From a bacterium (GTDB lineage: Bacteria > SZUA-182 > DTGQ01), in assembly GCA_040752695.1 (NCBI GenBank), contig JBFMGO010000139.1:1-13590 (forward strand): a stretch of DNA of 13,590 nucleotides, written 5' to 3'. Under the pieces are notes generated by a model. It was not told the origin of the DNA and did not search any database. It saw nothing but the letters and a program-made list of their open reading frames with translations. Shown here piece by piece: positions 8,149-13,590 of the stretch. How positions within the stretch are numbered: the stretch's first letter is position 1; every line of letters begins with the position of its first letter. A program made the position numbers and the translations under genes.

Positions 8149-8157
8149 CCCTCTTTG

Positions 8158-9807
8158 TCAATTATAGCCACGTGCTTTTCTGAAGGCGTCGACCAGGTCC
8201 TTCCGGCCATCAAAGATCCTCCCCCTGGTCAGAGCAGCAATCTGCTTCAGTTGCCGCTCGGAGGCATCTCCGAACATGATGGGGAAAACCGGAATATCAT
8301 AGCCGAGATTCCTCCAGACAGCCTGCAGGTCCACGAAAGCTTTGCCCGTATTGGATTCACCATCCGTCATGAGGATAATGGCGGGAATGTATTTCGTAAT
8401 GTCGACCTTGGCCAGGGTGTTCAGCGCAGCTATGGCAGGGGTGAAGATATCCGTCCCGCCATTGCAGGGAAAATTCATGACCTTCGAGAGCAGCCGGTCG
8501 AGATCTTCCCGGTTGTTGCCTACAGCCTGCCATGTATCGAGTATCCTGGAACTAAAGGGAACGACCACCATGACATCTTCCGATGTCGCCTGGATAAGGT
8601 ATTGCCGGGCTCTATCCTGATCGATGAGCATACTCATGGCCTCTTTGAGCTGCCGTTCTCCATTCCCCTCCATACTCCCTGAAAAATCGAGGCAGAAGAC
8701 TGTAAAGGACGGCTTGCGGAAATTTTCCTGATAAAGAACGATTGCCTCTCTGATCACCTCGGCTGAAGGCAGCTTTATCGGAGAGAGAATCTTTACTGTC
8801 TCAATTCCCCATTCAGGATTGAAGACCCTTTTATCCGCATCGCCAACGATTCCCCCAAAACCGGTCCTGCGTCCCTCTTTGAGGATTCCCCTCTGGACCT
8901 CATCGGAGAGAAGATATTCCTGAAGCTTTTTAAAGAATTCCTCTTTGGCAGGTTTTCCTCGATTGATATACCCAAGGGGAGAATCGGCAAGAACGATTCC
9001 GTCAACCGGATAGATGACGTACAAAGGTTCCATCCCCCTTTTTACGAGCTCTTGATTCGTTTCGATAATCACCGATTCATAATTGACCATGGCCTCATAG
9101 CCGCCCTCTAGGAACAGATCCTTCAGCCAGCCGGAACTTCCCGAAGAGCGATTGATTCCCGAGAGAAGCTCGCGGATCTGGGTTTTGAGTTCAGGATTGT
9201 GAAGATTTTCTCCGGTGATGATTTCCGGATTGCCACAAAGTGCATATAAAAAGCCGATGTAGGCACTGGCCCCTGAATTTGATTGTGAGGCTGACGTCAT
9301 CATAAACCGCAGTTTCCCCTGTCTGATAGCCGAGAGAATATCCTTGACTCTGACCTTTTGCCCTACGAAGCCCAGATTCCGGGCCAGGCTCTTTCGAATG
9401 CCAAAGACTACGGGAGATGTCATGATCGACTTGAGATGCTTCACCCGGTGCTGAGAATCGCCGAGGGAAATCCATAAACTGTTGGCCGGCCAGACGCCAT
9501 CGTAGGCAAGGCTGCTCTGGCCAAGCGCCAGCATAATATCCACCGAGCCCTTATAGGTGAGATCGAGGTTGACTCCCTGGCTCTCAGCGAATTTTTTCAG
9601 AATCGGCTCCAGGGTCTCGTTTTCCGAGCCTGACAAAATCGTGAAAGTATCTCCCCCTCCTTCCTGTGACGAGCGGGCATGCCTTTCTTCTGGTTGGTCA
9701 CCCTTTCTTTGGCAGCCGGTCGCAAGGAGGAAAAAGAGGAGGACCAAAAGGACGGTAATTTTTGTTATCTTCCCTTTTCCTTTTTGATTGCGGGTTATAC
9801 CAGGCAA
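8158..9807 (-). CDS. Lipoprotein with solute-binding domain and C-terminal vWA domain
   Basis: 549 aa. TTG start after AAGGAGGG; lipobox LATG-C32. SBP motifs SGSEN, GSVDIM, VWPANS, MTSPVV, QSNSG, VNYES. Intact MIDAS: DFSGS, GGT, MTDG. Confidence 0.9.
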   Translation of the reverse strand: MPGITRNQKGKGKITKITVLLVLLFFLLATGCQRKGDQPEERHARSSQEGGGDTFTILSGSENETLEPILKKFAESQGVNLDLTYKGSVDIMLALGQSSLAYDGVWPANSLWISLGDSQHRVKHLKSIMTSPVVFGIRKSLARNLGFVGQKVRVKDILSAIRQGKLRFMMTSASQSNSGASAYIGFLYALCGNPEIITGENLHNPELKTQIRELLSGINRSSGSSGWLKDLFLEGGYEAMVNYESVIIETNQELVKRGMEPLYVIYPVDGIVLADSPLGYINRGKPAKEEFFKKLQEYLLSDEVQRGILKEGRRTGFGGIVGDADKRVFNPEWGIETVKILSPIKLPSAEVIREAIVLYQENFRKPSFTVFCLDFSGSMEGNGERQLKEAMSMLIDQDRARQYLIQATSEDVMVVVPFSSRILDTWQAVGNNREDLDRLLSKVMNFPCNGGTDIFTPAIAALNTLAKVDITKYIPAIILMTDGESNTGKAFVDLQAVWRNLGYDIPVFPIMFGDASERQLKQIAALTRGRIFDGRKDLVDAFRKARGYN

Positions 9808-9908
9808 GTTTCCCTCCTTTTTTGGAAAAGCTGATTCAAGAACCTGATCTTCTCTTCGGCCATTTTTGATAAAGAATTCGGTGAGAATTAATAGGGCAAG
9901 AACAGTAA

Positions 9909-9938
9909 ATTATAAATTACAATGGACCTGACTGTCAA
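9909..9938 (-). promoter_or_regulatory. Sigma70-type promoter of the vWA-xpaC-SBP-telA operon
   Basis: Minus strand TTGACA (9938-9933), 18-bp spacer, TATAAT (9914-9909), about 100 nt upstream of the TTG start. Confidence 0.8.
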
Positions 9939-10143
9939 GATAAAAAATCGGGACAACTTCTCGCTTTCTCGTCTGATGTACCGGCTTTAAGGAGGCTTAA
10001 AAAAAAACAGGTACAGCGGAAGCTTACAGACTATTTTATTCCGTTGGTGAATTACCACCTACCTGCCGAATAAAAATTATGATACACTATATTGGTAAAC
10101 TCAGGATAAAATTGTTATCAATTTATGAGGAAATGAGAACTGT

Positions 10144-12243
10144 ATGAGCAAATTACAATTTTACAGGACTATCTTACAATTTTGCAAGACCACGTTGGCT
10201 ATTGTGCTCCTCCTCATTATCTTCCTTACGCCCACTCTTACGAGAGCGCAGGGAAATGGCCTGTCAGTCATTCCCATGCCGAAAAAAGTTACTGCCTTAT
10301 CAGGATCTATTCCTGTTACGGGTAATACAACTTTTGTCATTGAAAATAAATTAAATAAAAAATATCAAATCGGGATAGAAGAAATCAATGCGAAATTGAC
10401 GTCGCTTGGAGGTGCAGCATTACCGGTAAAGGTAAGCACCACGATAAATGAAATAGATAGTAACTCAATAATTATCGGCAACTTAAAGTCAGCCTTGCTT
10501 CAAGGAATCTTACGATTACACAACCTGAAAATTGATGAACCCGGAGAACAGGGCTATATCATCAAGTTTATCACTCACCAGGATAAGGAATTAATCCTGA
10601 TCGGTGGCGGAGATGACCAGGGTGCTCTCTATGGCTGCATCACATTGTGCGCCCTCATAAATAAAATTTCTGATTCCATCCACATTATCAAATACGATAT
10701 CTGGGATAAGCCGGATTTTAAATACCGGGCAGCGGACGGCCTCATTTCTTGTCTCAATCAGGCAAAAGAAATCATTCACTTCGCTTTGCATAATAAGATT
10801 AACATAATCTGGTCTGGTTACGAATATAGTAATGATGTAATAACGAGTGATAAAGAACGGTTTAAAGATATAAATAACTATGCATGGGAAAGAGGCATTC
10901 GCATAATATATAATGGTTCATGGAACATTGGACGAGCGCCGGTACCCGAAGGTGCGAATCAATATTACTATCCATACGCGGGAATGATCGGCCATATGGG
11001 AATGCTCTTTTGTTGGAGCAATGATGAATTATTGGAAAAAAAGGGGGATGCTCTTCACGATTTCATACAAAATACAGGCGCTAAAGCCATTTATTTGCAT
11101 TCTATCGACAGTGGAGGTGCAAGTGATCCGGAATTATGGAGTAAAAGGTGTGATGGATGCCGGAAACGGTTCGGCGAGGAACGGGCGCAGGCCGATGCCC
11201 ACGTAATAAATACATTTTATGATAAAATTAAAAAAGCATCTCAGGATGCCCTCCTCATAGTGGTAGCTTATCCTTATCTGGCGGAATACACCGGGTCAAA
11301 TCGTCAGGAAAGTATTGTCCACTGGCTGGAAAAGCTCACCCAGCTCATTCCCGGTGACGTTTTTCTGTGTGTTCGCGAAGATACCGCAGATAATATATCC
11401 CACTGGTGTCAGACGATAAAGCAGCCATCGTTTATATACCATGCGAGTGAACCAGGAGATTGGGAAATGCGAAGACCTTATATTACCTCCTTCAGATTTG
11501 CCAAAACATTTTATGTCGAAGGGAAGGATAATCTCTATTGGAATACCGCGTATGGCATAACGTCAAGGATTCAATTTATGGGCATAGCAGAATATTCCTG
11601 GAATACACAGGCGCCAGGGAGTGAGTATATCACGGGTTTTGGCAATCCTCCTCTCTGGCAGAAGGTGACGAATAATCCGGAAGAAATCACCAGAGATTTT
11701 TTACCCCGCGCCTGCAAGATCCTTTTTGAAAATGCCGCAAATGAAATGATGGAAGTAATCTCTTTTAATTTAAGCCCTTATCTCATGGTAAATTCACAAT
11801 CGTGGTTAACACAAGAACATTGCAAGGAACAACTTGAAAATGCAAATCGCGCCTTAGTAATTCTCAAAGCTGTGGAGAATAAAATACCAGCCAGATCCAA
11901 GCACTTTTATGGAGCGCATATAGCCAATAGCACAGCCTGCCAATGCTTTGCACAAGCGAGAATCGGGCTCTATGCTATTGATAAGTACCTGAAAGAAAAT
12001 GCAATGGATGCGGCTGGATCAGAAAAGATCAAGATTCTGGATTTATTGAACAAAGGGGAACAATCCTTTTACCGGTTAGAAAAAAGTGGTTATGTTCCCT
12101 GGAATGGAAGTATCGATTTTATTGGATGTAAGAATAAACTTATTGATGAATTAAATAAATTACCTATTGTATCTAAAGTATCAAGTGCACCTTGCAGACC
12201 GGCTGACCTTGTCATTGAATACATGAGAAGGCCAGGACATTAA
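10144..12243 (+). CDS. Secreted glycoside hydrolase-like protein (GH20 N-terminal zincin-like domain plus probable TIM barrel; GH84/DUF4838-like)
   Basis: 699 aa. Signal peptide ending near TRA-Q; VIPMPKKV, EQGYII, GGGDDQGALYG, IWDKPDFKYR, ALHNKINII, AEYSWN. GAGG upstream. Confidence 0.75.
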   Translation: MSKLQFYRTILQFCKTTLAIVLLLIIFLTPTLTRAQGNGLSVIPMPKKVTALSGSIPVTGNTTFVIENKLNKKYQIGIEEINAKLTSLGGAALPVKVSTTINEIDSNSIIIGNLKSALLQGILRLHNLKIDEPGEQGYIIKFITHQDKELILIGGGDDQGALYGCITLCALINKISDSIHIIKYDIWDKPDFKYRAADGLISCLNQAKEIIHFALHNKINIIWSGYEYSNDVITSDKERFKDINNYAWERGIRIIYNGSWNIGRAPVPEGANQYYYPYAGMIGHMGMLFCWSNDELLEKKGDALHDFIQNTGAKAIYLHSIDSGGASDPELWSKRCDGCRKRFGEERAQADAHVINTFYDKIKKASQDALLIVVAYPYLAEYTGSNRQESIVHWLEKLTQLIPGDVFLCVREDTADNISHWCQTIKQPSFIYHASEPGDWEMRRPYITSFRFAKTFYVEGKDNLYWNTAYGITSRIQFMGIAEYSWNTQAPGSEYITGFGNPPLWQKVTNNPEEITRDFLPRACKILFENAANEMMEVISFNLSPYLMVNSQSWLTQEHCKEQLENANRALVILKAVENKIPARSKHFYGAHIANSTACQCFAQARIGLYAIDKYLKENAMDAAGSEKIKILDLLNKGEQSFYRLEKSGYVPWNGSIDFIGCKNKLIDELNKLPIVSKVSSAPCRPADLVIEYMRRPGH

Positions 12244-12270
12244 ACATATGGCTACTTGTAATTGACAAAA

Positions 12271-12409
12271 AGTTTAAGTATGGCAGCAGCTTAAGTATGA
12301 CAGCAGTTTGAGTATGACAGCAGTTTGAGTATGACAGCAGTTCGAGTATAAGTTCGATTTAGGATTATGACATCGATTTAGGATATGACATTTGTTGTTT
12401 AGGATATGA
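12271..12409. repeat. Intergenic tandem array: five 17-bp units then three 18-22-bp variant units
   Basis: AGTTTAAGTATGGCAGC, AGCTTAAGTATGACAGC, AGTTTGAGTATGACAGC x2, AGTTCGAGTATAAGTTC, then GATTTAGGATTATGACATC, GATTTAGGATATGACATTTGTT, GTTTAGGATATGA. Confidence 0.95.
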
Positions 12410-12424
12410 ATAACCGGGGTGTAT

Positions 12425-13588
12425 TTACCGTATTGCAGATAAAGGGATTGAAGCCCTTCTCCAGTACGCGGGCTTCTTAAAACCGATCGGAGGAAGTTGA
12501 TTGATTGGAAGAGGTTCAAGTTTACCGCCTTCCAGTATATCGACAACAAAATCTTTAATGTCCGAAGCGGCCAGTTTTGATCTTCTGTGCGTAAGAGCGT
12601 GGTATACCATCGGTATCCTGGAAATATTGTAGCCCATCAACCGTGCCAGGACCGCATCGACGAAGGCCGGATTTTCTCCGCCAACTAAAAGTCCTGCCTT
12701 TTTCGGTGAAGGCGTGAGAGGGCCTTCGCCCTCACCAGCCACAATCCCGTCGATGATAGTTATGATACGCTTTGGTGCATTCGGGCTGAAATATAAAATA
12801 TGATTAAGGTCAAGTATGGTTCGCCACAATGTCTCATTGCCGCTCCAACTGCCAGCCGAGATCCTGTCTCCTCCCGTCTTACCGGCTACTGCATGTAAGA
12901 GATGATAGAAGAAAGAAAAAGTTTTTCGCTTCAAGAAAGGCATTTCCGTGTAAGTTTCCCACCATGAATCATACACTTTATCTGCCCACCTGGAAAAGAG
13001 GTTATCCACACAATAACAATCTCCTCCAGTGAAATAAGAACCTCTGATATGGTGAGGCAGGAATTCCTTGTGCCCATTGATGCCCACAAGGTTTTTCAAT
13101 GCACCTGTCAGCCCTGTTTTAATATGTGTCTTCATTTTCGGAAGGTTGATAAGTAAATCCGTATGACAAAAACGTTTTGTCAAAAGGTATTCATGCTTGC
13201 CAGGGCAGTGATGGGCGAGCATGAGGCTTGGCTTATACATGGTTACTCTGAAATACTCTGCATAATCTGAAATTTCTTCAAGAAAGCTCTCCTGGCCGAC
13301 ATCTACTAACGTATAGTCACGAAGCGAGCCAGCGTCGGTGTCATCCTTTATTGACTGCTGCGCATAGGTGGATCGCCCGAGATATTCCTGCCGGTTCAGC
13401 ACGGTAAGACGCCAATCTTCCGTCTTCACCACCAGATGAGGATATTGTTGATTGGCTTGCTGCACAATTTCGTCCATATGGCTGAGTGCCATAAGTTTCT
13501 GGAAATTGCAGCCTTGAAGCGGACAATCGCCTATGATAACAGTTCCTTCTCCCTTCATTGCCCTGGCGCACCAATCGAGCATATACTT
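12425..13588 (-). CDS. DUF362 domain protein, 5'-truncated by the window edge
   Basis: IIGDCPLQ, LLINLPKMKTHIKTGLTGALKNLVG, WSGNETLWRT, IDGIVAGEGEGPL, GENPAFVDAV..LMG. The frame stays open (..K-Y-M) to the edge and the usual N-terminal KPN motif is missing. Confidence 0.88.
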   Translation of the reverse strand, partial: KYMLDWCARAMKGEGTVIIGDCPLQGCNFQKLMALSHMDEIVQQANQQYPHLVVKTEDWRLTVLNRQEYLGRSTYAQQSIKDDTDAGSLRDYTLVDVGQESFLEEISDYAEYFRVTMYKPSLMLAHHCPGKHEYLLTKRFCHTDLLINLPKMKTHIKTGLTGALKNLVGINGHKEFLPHHIRGSYFTGGDCYCVDNLFSRWADKVYDSWWETYTEMPFLKRKTFSFFYHLLHAVAGKTGGDRISAGSWSGNETLWRTILDLNHILYFSPNAPKRIITIIDGIVAGEGEGPLTPSPKKAGLLVGGENPAFVDAVLARLMGYNISRIPMVYHALTHRRSKLAASDIKDFVVDILEGGKLEPLPINQLPPIGFKKPAYWRRASIPLSAIR

Positions 13589-13590
13589 AA

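Noticed and set aside
8104..8682. 192-aa plus-strand ORF (and similar antisense ORFs such as 4212-4787 and 5339-5779)
   Set aside because: Antisense shadows of genes with clear family motifs; no recognisable domains.
10105..10125. Fur- or FNR-like palindrome (GATAAAATTGTTATCAATTT) before the hydrolase gene
   Set aside because: Half-site spacing fits neither consensus, and such symmetry is common in AT-rich DNA.
12271..12409. CRISPR array
   Set aside because: Units are 17-22 bp and directly adjacent with no unique spacers; no cas genes in the window.
12274..12549. 91-aa minus-strand ORF with CCHT repeats
   Set aside because: Overlaps the DUF362 3' end in another frame and simply translates a repeat whose period is not a multiple of 3.
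13580..13582. ATG 13582 as the true start of the DUF362 gene
   Set aside because: The frame is open to the window edge and the expected N-terminal region is missing.

Overview
Bacterial chromosomal window with four blocks. (1) A translationally coupled plus-strand operon (438-5109): PHP-phosphoesterase/GT4 glycosyltransferase fusion, radical SAM protein with a SPASM/twitch-like C-terminus, and an exported hypothetical protein. It is preceded by an 11-bp-phased, Pho-box-like array. (2) A convergent minus-strand four-gene operon (9807-5111) behind a TTGACA-N18-TATAAT promoter: solute-binding/vWA lipoprotein, XpaC-family membrane protein, membrane-anchored solute-binding protein and TelA-family protein. 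(3) An AT-rich secreted glycoside-hydrolase-like gene (10144-12243). (4) A 5'-truncated DUF362 gene, separated from block 3 by a 17-19 bp tandem repeat array. The most interesting leads are a possible phosphate-starvation glycolipid-remodelling operon built on a fused enzyme, the uncharacterised vWA/SBP/XpaC/TelA envelope system, and many short tandem duplications at gene ends that keep frame inside genes but not outside. All family assignments come from motif recognition by eye; no searches were run.
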